A DNA stretch of 27,563 nt, taken from positions 1 to 27,563 of the forward strand of contig JBDHAC010000046.1 in assembly GCA_039588275.1 (NCBI GenBank). The letters run 5' to 3'. Both the position numbers and the translations under genes were made by a program. Position 1 is the first letter of the stretch. Each line of letters starts with the position of its first letter. The notes under the pieces are model-generated. The model searched no databases. It was not told the DNA's origin and saw only the letters and a program-made list of their open reading frames with translations. Source of the DNA: Gemmatimonadota bacterium (GTDB lineage: Bacteria; Gemmatimonadota; Gemmatimonadetes; Palauibacterales; Palauibacteraceae). Shown here in pieces: positions 17,505-26,015 of this stretch.

Positions 17505-17579
17505 CGGGATGCCGAAGCAAGCCGAAGCGAATGTCTCACGTTCGGGGCACGTGTGGGAGCGAGCAGGGGTGAGCGCAGC

Positions 17580-18602
17580 GTGAGATCGGAACCGGTCGAC
17601 ATAACGATCATCGGTGGAGGCCCGACCGGCCTCTACGGCCTCTTCTACGCGGGAATGCGAGGCGTGTCGGCTCGCATCATCGATGTCCTCCCGGAGCTGG
17701 GCGGACAGCTCACCGCGCTGTATCCCGAGAAGGATATCTTCGACGTCGCGGGCTTTCCCAAGATCCTCGCCAAGGACCTCGCCCGCGATCTCGTCGCGCA
17801 GGCCATGCAGTTCGACGCGGACGTCTGCCTCGAGGAGCGCGTGGAGGAGCTGAATCCCGACGGGGATTTGTTCGAGCTGCGGACCGAAGCCGCGGTGCGC
17901 CCGACGCGCACCGTGGTCATCGCGGCCGGGAAAGGAGCCTTCAAGAGCCGCACGCTCCCGGTATCCGGCTGGGACGAGTTTCTGAAGAACGGGATCGAGA
18001 CCCACGTACGGGACCCAGAGGCGTATCGTGATCGACGAGTGCTCATCGTCGGAGGAGGCGACTCCGCGTTCGATTGGAGCTGGGGGCTGCGGGAGATTGC
18101 CTCCGAATTGGTGCAGATCCACCGGTCCGACAAGTTTCGCGCTCACGCTCACACCGTCGAGCTCGTGCGAGGCGCCCAGGAGCGCGGTGAGCTCGAGTTA
18201 CTGACCTACTACGAGGTGAAGGAGATTTACGGAGCCGATCGGCCGGAGAGCGTCACCATCTTCCACAACAAGACGAAGGAGGAGCGCGAGTTGGAGGTGG
18301 ACGAGATCCTGGCGCTCATCGGGTTCGTGCCGAATATCGGGCCCATCGCCGAATGGGGGCTGGAGCTGGAGGGCAACGCCATCCGCGTAGATTCGCGCAT
18401 GCGCACGAACCTGCCCGGCGTGTACGCCGCGGGGGACATCGCGACCTACGAAGGGAAGTTGGAGCTCATCTCGACGGGATTCGGAGAGGCGGCGATCGCC
18501 GTGAACAACGCCGTCCACTACATGGACCCGACTGCGAAGGTGGATCCCGGCCACTCGACCAGTTCCAAGGCCTTCAAGACCAAGCAGCCTGCTAAGCGAT
18601 GA
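17580..18602 (+). CDS. TrxR-like ferredoxin(flavodoxin)-NADP+ reductase (YumC type)
   Basis: IIGGGPTG, GGQLTALYPEK.IFDV.GFP, GGGDSA.DW, AAGD...Y.GK..LI..GFGEA and C-terminal PGHS. Lacks the TrxR CxxC. Start (17553 or 17580) is uncertain. Confidence 0.88.
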   Translation: MRSEPVDITIIGGGPTGLYGLFYAGMRGVSARIIDVLPELGGQLTALYPEKDIFDVAGFPKILAKDLARDLVAQAMQFDADVCLEERVEELNPDGDLFELRTEAAVRPTRTVVIAAGKGAFKSRTLPVSGWDEFLKNGIETHVRDPEAYRDRRVLIVGGGDSAFDWSWGLREIASELVQIHRSDKFRAHAHTVELVRGAQERGELELLTYYEVKEIYGADRPESVTIFHNKTKEERELEVDEILALIGFVPNIGPIAEWGLELEGNAIRVDSRMRTNLPGVYAAGDIATYEGKLELISTGFGEAAIAVNNAVHYMDPTAKVDPGHSTSSKAFKTKQPAKR

Positions 18603-19726
18603 GTCGGCTGCTCCACCTCGCCGATGTTCACCTCGACGCGCCGCTCGGCGGCTTCCGGCGCGAGGCGAACGCACGCCGGCGCGAGCTGCTCGATGCGTTC
18701 CGCCGGCTCCCGGATCTGGCGAGCGAAGGTGCGGTCCACGTCGTCCTGATCGCCGGTGATCTGTTTGACGGTCCGCAGCCTGCCGAATCGACCATCATCG
18801 CGGTTCGCGAGACGGTTCGCCGCCTCGTCGAGAACGGGATTCCGGTGCTCGCGGTCCCCGGAAACCACGATGCCCACGCGCTGAATCCGACCTTGTACGA
18901 GGAGGCTCTGCCCGGGGCCACCGCCTTCAACGCGCCCCGTTTCGAGTCGATCACGCTCCAGGCAGGCGAGACGCCGGTGCATGTGTACGGGGTGGCGTAC
19001 GACGCGGCCGAAGAGCCCGACCCCCTTTCCACCTTCGAGAAAGTCGCGGGTGAGGGTTTCCACGTCGCGCTGGTCCATGGGGCGGTGCCCGGTGCGCCGC
19101 ATTGGGAAGGTGGCACCGCGCTGCGACTCCCGATCGAAGGCCTTGCGGCCCTCGACGTCGACTACATCGCGTTGGGTGACCACCACCGTTTCCGCCCCCC
19201 GTCGGAGTTCTCACACGAAGGGAAGTCGCTGCCGGCCTGTTACGCCGGCTCGTTCGCCGCGGTGGATCTCAGCGAGCTGGGGCCGAAGGGGTACGTCTTG
19301 ATCGACCTCGTCGAGGGGCACGAACCGGCCATCGACTTCCGCTCGAGCGGAGTGCGCGAGGTCCACCGGACCGAGCCGTTCGACGTGACCCCGTTCGACT
19401 CCGAGACCGCCGCCGCGGACGCGCTCGGCGATCAGCTGGTCGACTCGATCGTGCCGGTGACCACACTCATCGGCGAGCCGAGCTTCCCACTCGATGCCGA
19501 CCTCATCCGCGCCGCGCTCGACGAACGGTTCGGGTGCTCTGTGGTGGTCGATCAGACGCGCTTCTTCGATGCGGCACGCCTGGAGGAGCTGGCGAGCGAG
19601 AACACCATTGCGGGTCACGTGGCGCGGCTCGGGCTCGAACGGATCGAGTCCGCGGCGACCGATGAGGCTCGGGCCGGGTTCGAGCAGGGACTCCGGATCG
19701 CCTTGCGGCTGATGGAGATCGCATGA
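18599..19726 (+). CDS. SbcD/Mre11/YhaO-like metallophosphoesterase nuclease
   Basis: LHLADVHLD, AGDLFD, PGNHD, HG, YIALGDHH and YAGS...E.GPKG. ATGA overlap with the upstream gene. Confidence 0.88.
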   Translation: MSRLLHLADVHLDAPLGGFRREANARRRELLDAFRRLPDLASEGAVHVVLIAGDLFDGPQPAESTIIAVRETVRRLVENGIPVLAVPGNHDAHALNPTLYEEALPGATAFNAPRFESITLQAGETPVHVYGVAYDAAEEPDPLSTFEKVAGEGFHVALVHGAVPGAPHWEGGTALRLPIEGLAALDVDYIALGDHHRFRPPSEFSHEGKSLPACYAGSFAAVDLSELGPKGYVLIDLVEGHEPAIDFRSSGVREVHRTEPFDVTPFDSETAAADALGDQLVDSIVPVTTLIGEPSFPLDADLIRAALDERFGCSVVVDQTRFFDAARLEELASENTIAGHVARLGLERIESAATDEARAGFEQGLRIALRLMEIA

Positions 19727-22266
19727 GCGGCGTACGCTACGACTTCGTGGAGCTCGCCTACGGCCGCCACGCCGGGCGAGTGGAGTTCGATGAAGTAGAC
19801 GCACCGTTCCTGATCGTCGGCTCAAACGGGACCGGCAAGTCGACGATCATCGAAGCACTCGTCCGCTCGCTGTACGGGTTCCGGCGTCTCCGTCGAGAGG
19901 AACGCCGCGGACACAGACGGCGACGACCATGGACGGGGGCCCAGTACCGGGCGATGGTCGGCCTCAGCGGCCCGGAGGGCTCGCTCACCTTCGACCGCGA
20001 CTTCGAGAGCGATGAGGTGGTCGTTCGACGTGTAGGGGAGGAGCCTCCGTTATTCGAGGGAGAGGCGAATCTCGCCCGCGCGGGGGAAACCAGCCGGCGC
20101 TACCGCGATGTACTGCGCCGCCAGTTCGGGCTGGGGGATCTCGACGCCTACGAACGCACGGGCTGTATACAGCAGGGTGGGCTTATAAGGACGGAGCTCA
20201 GCGAAGACCTGTTGCGGGTGGCGGCGGGTGGGCACGCGGATGTGGAGAGCGCCCAACGGCGACTTCGCCGGGAATATCACGACCTCACCCTCGAGCCCCT
20301 CGCAGAAGGGGAGGCGCGCAGGCGCAAGCTCGGCAGGCTCGAACGTCTGCAGGAGCAGGTGACCGAGCTGGAGACACGTGCGCGTGACGCACGCGCGGCC
20401 GAGGAGCGGCGCGCGCCGCTCGCCCGGGAGCGGGACCGACTGAAGGGCGAGATCGCCGGCACCCAGACGGAGATCGAGGAGCTCGAGGCGGCCTTCGAAA
20501 GCGTGTCCGAGCTGGAGACGCTGAGAACGGCCGAGGAGGCCAGCCAGGGAAGCGTGCGGCAGCTCGAGTCGGCCGGGCACGAACTTGATGAGGCCATGGC
20601 CCGCTTCGATCTCCTGCAGACACGTGACCTCGGACAGGAGGATCGGGTCTACCCGGATGACTTCCTCGGCCGCATCGCTGCCCTCGAGAAGGGTCTGTGG
20701 CCTCGCCGGGACAGGCTGGACGCCACGCTCGGGAACCTGCGGGGCCGACTGGCAGACGTCGCGGCCCCGGGCCGCGAAGCACACATGCGTCTTCTCGCTC
20801 CGGCCGCGGCGGCTGTGATCGGGGTGTGGTTGCTCGCGCAGTCGATGACGCTGCCGGGCGGCCTGCTGCTCCTGCTGGGAGTCGCGACCGGCGCTGCGCT
20901 CTGGGCGCGTGTCCACGGCCTCGCGGCCGAAAGAGCGCGGCTCGCGGACGAGCTGCACCGGGCCGACGAGGAAAGCCGGGACCTTGAAGACCGAATCGAG
21001 GCGCTGTTGAGCGACGTGCCCGACGGGGACTCGCTCACGCCTGACACGGTACCTCGCCGCCGGCGCGAGTTCGAGCGTCAGATGGCCGAGCTGAGGCAGC
21101 TGGCGGACGCCGAGCGTTCGCTCCGGAACGCCATGGACCGGGCCAACCGGGTGCTCGAAGCGGAGACGACGGCCAAGTCGGAGGTGGATGCTGAGGAGGA
21201 CGCGACCGATCGCGATCCGGTCCGCGACGTACGCCGGACGGGAGGAGCCACCGGGTTGGTCGACCGAGGGCGCCACCTTCTGAAGGACATCCAGCGAGCC
21301 GTATCGAACGAGCGAGACGAGCGGCTCGCGCCCCTCAAGGTCCGCCTCCTGGAAGCCTCCCGGCGCAGCTTCAGCCTACCCGCGGGTGTGGACGCGACGG
21401 GCGCGGCCGTGCGTGCGGCCCTGCAGGAGCTGCGTGCGAGGAACGGGGAGCTTCAGGAGGAGCTAGCGGGCGCAGAGCGCCGTATTGCGTACGAGGGCCG
21501 CCCCGGACAGAGTGCCCTCGCCCTCGAGCGAGAGATCGAGCAGCTCCGCGAGCAACTCGAGGCCGTGGGCCGGAGGGCAGCGGCGTATCGGGAGGCGAGC
21601 GCGCTGATCACCCACGCGTACGAGGCCTTCCGTAGCACCGACCAGGAGCGCCTGCTGTCGGCGATCTCGCGACACCTCGCGGAGATCTCGAACGGAGAGC
21701 TCGGCCCTCTGGAGACCGAGGAGGGCCTCGAGACCGCCCGTGTCCGCGCAGGTGATCGCTCGCTGCCGCTGGCCTCCCCTCCTTTGAGCTACGGACAGCT
21801 CCACATGACGCTGCTGGCGGTCCGGTTGGGAGCGGCGGATTTCCTGGCCGGGCTGGGCGTGCGGCTGCCCCTGCTGCTGGATGACCCGTTCGTTCACCTG
21901 GATGCGGGCCGCGCACGAGAGTTGTGGCAGGTACTCGCGAACATCGCTACGGAGCGGCAGGTGATCGTGGCGACCCAGGATCGGCTGCTCATCGACCACC
22001 TCGCCGTTGAGCCGGACCTGGACCTCGACGCGTCCCACGAGGTGGCTGACGAGGTCGATCCCGGTGAGAACGCCCCTCAGGACATGGCGTCGGAAAACGG
22101 ATCCAAGACAGGCCCCGGGGGCACCGGGGCGCGCAGGACGAAAGCACGCCCGGCGGGGGCACGGCGAGATCCGGCCAAAACCGCCCCCACCGACACCGAG
22201 GCAGCCTCTGCAGCGGACCCGGACTTGTGGAGCGCCCTCGGGATAATAGACGAGGAGGAGTCGTGA
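19723..22266 (+). CDS. SbcC/Rad50/YhaN-like SMC-type ATPase with a central hydrophobic hairpin
   Basis: Walker A GSNGTGKS, Q-loop IQQG, long coiled coils, signature LSYGQ and Walker B/D-loop LLLDDPFVHLD. ATGA overlap with the nuclease gene. Confidence 0.87.
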   Translation: MSGVRYDFVELAYGRHAGRVEFDEVDAPFLIVGSNGTGKSTIIEALVRSLYGFRRLRREERRGHRRRRPWTGAQYRAMVGLSGPEGSLTFDRDFESDEVVVRRVGEEPPLFEGEANLARAGETSRRYRDVLRRQFGLGDLDAYERTGCIQQGGLIRTELSEDLLRVAAGGHADVESAQRRLRREYHDLTLEPLAEGEARRRKLGRLERLQEQVTELETRARDARAAEERRAPLARERDRLKGEIAGTQTEIEELEAAFESVSELETLRTAEEASQGSVRQLESAGHELDEAMARFDLLQTRDLGQEDRVYPDDFLGRIAALEKGLWPRRDRLDATLGNLRGRLADVAAPGREAHMRLLAPAAAAVIGVWLLAQSMTLPGGLLLLLGVATGAALWARVHGLAAERARLADELHRADEESRDLEDRIEALLSDVPDGDSLTPDTVPRRRREFERQMAELRQLADAERSLRNAMDRANRVLEAETTAKSEVDAEEDATDRDPVRDVRRTGGATGLVDRGRHLLKDIQRAVSNERDERLAPLKVRLLEASRRSFSLPAGVDATGAAVRAALQELRARNGELQEELAGAERRIAYEGRPGQSALALEREIEQLREQLEAVGRRAAAYREASALITHAYEAFRSTDQERLLSAISRHLAEISNGELGPLETEEGLETARVRAGDRSLPLASPPLSYGQLHMTLLAVRLGAADFLAGLGVRLPLLLDDPFVHLDAGRARELWQVLANIATERQVIVATQDRLLIDHLAVEPDLDLDASHEVADEVDPGENAPQDMASENGSKTGPGGTGARRTKARPAGARRDPAKTAPTDTEAASAADPDLWSALGIIDEEES

Positions 22267-22826
22267 ACGAGAGCCACGGCGCGAGACTGTCCGTGCTGCC
22301 GCTCGAAGGAAACGAGCCGACGGTACAGGAGATCTTCGGGCGCTTCCTGAAGGAGCGGGGCAACGTCCCGAACATGTTCCGGACGGTGGGCCACCTTCCA
22401 AAGCAACTCGAGACGATGATCGCCAACTTCGTCACCGTCATGCGGCAGGGAAGTGTCCCCGCGCGCCTGAAAGAGATGATCTCGGTTCGCGTCTCGTGGC
22501 TCAACGGGTGCAGGTACTGACTCGCCTCACACACGCAGCTGGCAGCTGCGTTCGATGCGACTGCCGAGCAGATCTACGGATTGATGGCCGACGCGCTGGA
22601 CCCGGAGCTCTATACGGACCGGGAACTGGCGGCGCTCGAGTTCTCGGAACGCATGACGAGGGGCAACGGCCAGGTCGAGCCCGCAATCTCCGACGAGTTG
22701 AGGGCCCATTACTCCGAGGCGGAGATCGTCGAGATCACCCTCGTCGCGGGCTTGTTCGCCTACTTCAACCGAGTGAACAACGCCCTGGATGTGGAGCCGA
22801 CGGCGCCCAGCCCGTTCTTGGATTAG
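22263..22826 (+). CDS. AhpD/carboxymuconolactone decarboxylase family peroxidase-like protein, probable selenoprotein (UGA = Sec86)
   Basis: GAGGAGGAG RBS and GTG 22263. One frame: ...KEMISVRVSWLNGCRY[TGA 22518-22520]LASHTQLAAAF...DRELAALEFSERMT...ELRAHYSEAEIVEITLVAGLFAYFNRVNNAL. Joins ORF-track pieces 22227..22520 and 22581..22826. Confidence 0.85.
22521..22560 (+). promoter_or_regulatory. Candidate bacterial SECIS element
   Basis: Perfect stem ACGCAGCT (22533-22540), loop GGC, AGCTGCGT (22544-22551), starting 12 nt after the UGA. Lower stem TCGC/GCGA plus TC/GA. Confidence 0.65.
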
Positions 22827-24007
22827 GCCCCGGCCTCCGGACTGGAACCCCCCGGTTCCAGGAACGCGGAGATGCGATCCCAGTTTCGCTCCACGTCTTC
22901 CTCTCCAAGCTCGATGAGCGTCGAGATATAGGCGCTCTCGAACAGGAGATAGCTGATGAAATCCGCGCTCTTGCTTCCGGAGGTCCCGAGCCCGCGCACC
23001 AGGAAGCGAAGCGACCGTGGCAGGCGGACTTCGAAGGAAGCCGCGAGACGGCCGATGTCCTTCGAGGGACGCTGAATGTAGAGGTCCACGTGCCGCAGCT
23101 CCTCCGCCCGGCGCGTCTCCTCCGGGAGCTGCTCGATCAGGCCGTTGATGCGCTCGACCGTCGAGGCATCCCAGTCCAGCGTGTCGAGGAACACGGAGTT
23201 GAGCAGGATGCCGAGAATGCGCGCCGGTGGCGGATACCCGAGCACCTCCGGCCTGCGTGCTTCGATCTCGCTGCGCGCGTAGCGTGCCGAGATGGCCAGG
23301 ATCCGTTCCGCACCGAGCTGGATCGCCGGTCCGAGGGGCGCCGCTGAACGGAAGCTTCCGTCTCCGTAGTATTGCTGCCCGATTTTGACTGCCGGGAACA
23401 GCAGAGGGATCGCGGAAGAGGCCATGATGTGCTCGATGGTGAGCCGCGCCCGTACGGCCCGATGGTGGACGCTGGGCGGCTCCAATCGGATCGGTACGTC
23501 CCCCTGCACGAACGTGACCGTCCGGCCCGTCTGATACGAGAGCGCCGAGAGCGCGACGGCATCGTGAACCCCCTCCTCGAGGTTCTTCTCGATGTCGGTC
23601 GCGTCGATGCTCCGCCGGAGGAACCCCCGCAGCGGGGCGGTATCGACGAGGCTGCGCCCGCGTGGCGCGAGCCGGGATCCACCCGAGGCGATCGACAGCC
23701 CCCAGCGCGCTCCGGTCTTGAGGAGCGAAGGCGGATCGGTGCGAAACACCTCCTCGGTGGTCAGCGAGAGCCACCGCCGCTTCAGCGCCTTCGTGGCCTC
23801 GCCGAAGTTCCCGCGATACGCGGCTATGAAACCGAGGTTGATTCCGCCGGCCGAGGTGCCGGTCAGCAGTGGCGTTGCGAGATCGGGCCGACGCATCCCG
23901 AGTCCGCTGAGGACGCCGGTTTGATACGCGGCGCGGGCACCTCCCCCCGAGAGCACCAGCGCGAGACCCATGTCCCGCGGATCTCCCGGGTCCGAAGCGC
24001 GGTTCAC
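22823..24007 (-). CDS. Patatin-like phospholipase
   Basis: LVLSGGGARAAYQ, nucleophile GTSAG, MASSAIPLLFP and DGS. The start may instead be ATG 23971. Its stop codon overlaps that of the convergent AhpD-like gene. Confidence 0.9.
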   Translation of the reverse strand: MNRASDPGDPRDMGLALVLSGGGARAAYQTGVLSGLGMRRPDLATPLLTGTSAGGINLGFIAAYRGNFGEATKALKRRWLSLTTEEVFRTDPPSLLKTGARWGLSIASGGSRLAPRGRSLVDTAPLRGFLRRSIDATDIEKNLEEGVHDAVALSALSYQTGRTVTFVQGDVPIRLEPPSVHHRAVRARLTIEHIMASSAIPLLFPAVKIGQQYYGDGSFRSAAPLGPAIQLGAERILAISARYARSEIEARRPEVLGYPPPARILGILLNSVFLDTLDWDASTVERINGLIEQLPEETRRAEELRHVDLYIQRPSKDIGRLAASFEVRLPRSLRFLVRGLGTSGSKSADFISYLLFESAYISTLIELGEEDVERNWDRISAFLEPGGSSPEAGA

Positions 24008-24031
24008 CGCTTCAGGGTGCGTGCGCCAGCG

Positions 24032-24559
24032 TCAGGTCTGCCGAGCGCGGGCTCCGACGCCCGACCCGGCGAGCAGGCGAGCGTGCCACGTGTGGGCCGC
24101 CGGCCGCTCGAAGCCACCGGATCTCCAGTCGCCGAGACGACTGAGCGTCAGGTCGAAGACCCCGATCTCGCCGTCCACCTGCCCCTCCTCGCCGAGCTGC
24201 CGAAACTCTTCCCGGTCGCACGAGACGATGTCGCCCGATGCATCCCGGTACCATACGAGCCGGCCGTTGAGCAGCTCGACGCCCAGGGCTCGCTCGAGCT
24301 CCGTGAGCTGGTGGATCAACGTGTCGATGGAACAGCCCGAAGCCGCGACGCGACTCTCGTCCACAGCCACGAGCACGAAGCGATCCTCGAAGAGCCTGAA
24401 GCCCGCCGTGAGCTCGTCGCTGTGCGCCGTCCAACGCTCGATGAAGCGGGTCAGGGCTTCGGTGACCTGCTTCGCCTCGTCCGGAGTGAGGGCACGGTCG
24501 GATCCGAACGCCCACAAACGGGCGTCGGGAGGGAGCAGGTCGATATCGGACGGGGCCAT
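24032..24559 (-). CDS. Conserved hypothetical protein with an SGCSID motif
   Basis: 'LP.DARLW.F...R.L', 'W.AH..L.A', 'VDE....ASGCSID' and 'FD.T...L.DW'. No nucleotide-binding motif. Confidence 0.75.
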   Translation of the reverse strand: MAPSDIDLLPPDARLWAFGSDRALTPDEAKQVTEALTRFIERWTAHSDELTAGFRLFEDRFVLVAVDESRVAASGCSIDTLIHQLTELERALGVELLNGRLVWYRDASGDIVSCDREEFRQLGEEGQVDGEIGVFDLTLSRLGDWRSGGFERPAAHTWHARLLAGSGVGARARQT

Positions 24560-24726
24560 GGTCTATCGCTCGTCAGCGGGCTTTCGGTCCTTTGATCGGG
24601 ACGGTTGGCAGGATAGGGCGGACCGTGAGGCGTGTCCAGTTGGCCTACCTCGGCCGACGGGTTACGACCTGAACGCCTCGCCGGCGAAGCGCCCGCTCCG
24701 CCCGGGCGCCTCGGTCGCGTGGATCT

Positions 24727-25935
24727 CTACTCGTAGCGGAGCGCGACGATCGGATCGAGCCGGGCCGCGCGGCGCGCGGGCCACAGACCGAAGAACACGC
24801 CGACGGCGCCGGCGAAGAGGACGGCGAGGCCGACCGCTTCGGGTGCGATCGCGGTGTTCCAGTTCGCCATGTTGGCCAGCGCGCTCGAGGCGGCGAACCC
24901 GAACCCGATGCCGAGGATCCCGCCCACCAGACACAGCGTGGTGGCCTCGAGCAGGAACTGGAGCAGGACCGCGCGTCGCGTCGCCCCGAGGGCCTTCCGA
25001 ACGCCGATCTCCCTGGTCCGCTCGGTGACCGACACGAGCATGATGTTCATGATGCCGATGCCACCCACGAGAAGGCTGACGGCGGCGATGCTGGCGAGCA
25101 GGGCGGTAAAGGTCTGGGTGGTCTCCTGTTGCGTCTCGAGGAACTGCGCGCTGTCGGAGATCCAGAAGTCGTTCGCCTTCCCGAGCGGTAGCCGGTGCTC
25201 GCGTCTGAGTACCTCTTCGATCTGCACCATGGCCGGCGTCATCGCCGCCCGACTCGCCACGACGACCTTGATCGACCCCAGCCGATCGGTGCCCAGGAGA
25301 CGGAATTGAGCGGTTCCGAGCGGCACGTAGAGTTGCTCGTCCTCGTTGAACCAGCCGCCTCCGCCCTTGGCCCGGAGGACGCCCACGACCTCGAACGTGA
25401 TGTTCCGGATCGAGACGGTCCTCCCCACGATCTCCGCCGCCGTGGTGTTGAGGCTCGTGAGCACGCCCCCTCCCAGGACGGCGACGCGCCTGCGCCCCTC
25501 GTTCTCGGCTTCGTTGAAGAAGCGGCCGAGCTCGATCTGGTAGTTGTTCACCTCGGCGTAGTTGGGTGTCGTGCCCATGACGCGGATGTTCGCGTTCGTG
25601 CGACCGAACTGGACCTGGAGCGTGCCGCGCATCTCCGGCGCCATCGCGATCAACGCGGGTGCGCCACGCTCGACCGCCTCCGCATCCTTCACCCTCAATC
25701 GGGCGTCGCCGCCCCGTACTCCGCGGAACATCCCCTGCCCCGGCCGGATCGTCAGTACGTTCGTCCCCAGGCTCTGGATTTGCTCTTCGACGGCCCGCTG
25801 CGCGCCCTCGCCGAGCGCCACCATCGTGATCACGGCACCCACGCCGATCACGATGCCGAGCATCGTCAGAACCGAGCGCATCTTGTTCGCCCGGATCGCG
25901 TCCATCGCCACGCGCACGATCTCGAAAAAGATCAT
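24727..25935 (-). CDS. MacB/FtsX-type ABC transporter permease (no fused ATPase)
   Basis: NKMRS.LTMLGIVIGV, periplasmic domain, SLLVGGIGIMNIMLVSVTERTREIGVRKALGA and PARRAA.LDPI.ALRYE. Confidence 0.95.
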   Translation of the reverse strand: MIFFEIVRVAMDAIRANKMRSVLTMLGIVIGVGAVITMVALGEGAQRAVEEQIQSLGTNVLTIRPGQGMFRGVRGGDARLRVKDAEAVERGAPALIAMAPEMRGTLQVQFGRTNANIRVMGTTPNYAEVNNYQIELGRFFNEAENEGRRRVAVLGGGVLTSLNTTAAEIVGRTVSIRNITFEVVGVLRAKGGGGWFNEDEQLYVPLGTAQFRLLGTDRLGSIKVVVASRAAMTPAMVQIEEVLRREHRLPLGKANDFWISDSAQFLETQQETTQTFTALLASIAAVSLLVGGIGIMNIMLVSVTERTREIGVRKALGATRRAVLLQFLLEATTLCLVGGILGIGFGFAASSALANMANWNTAIAPEAVGLAVLFAGAVGVFFGLWPARRAARLDPIVALRYE

Positions 25936-26015
25936 CCTCGGTCCTCTACGTTCCGCGTCTGCTTGATCGTGCCGCGTTCACTGTCGTCCGACTCGCGCCC
26001 GTTCCCCAGTCGCCG

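Noticed and set aside
17580..18602. Annotation as thioredoxin reductase (trxB)
   Set aside because: There is no redox CxxC. The LYPEK and PGHS motifs indicate the YumC-type ferredoxin-NADP reductase.
22227..22826. Two separate small genes, or a pseudogene, as in the ORF track
   Set aside because: Both pieces share one frame, the single TGA sits at the catalytic Cys position, and a SECIS-like hairpin follows. Recoding explains this better.
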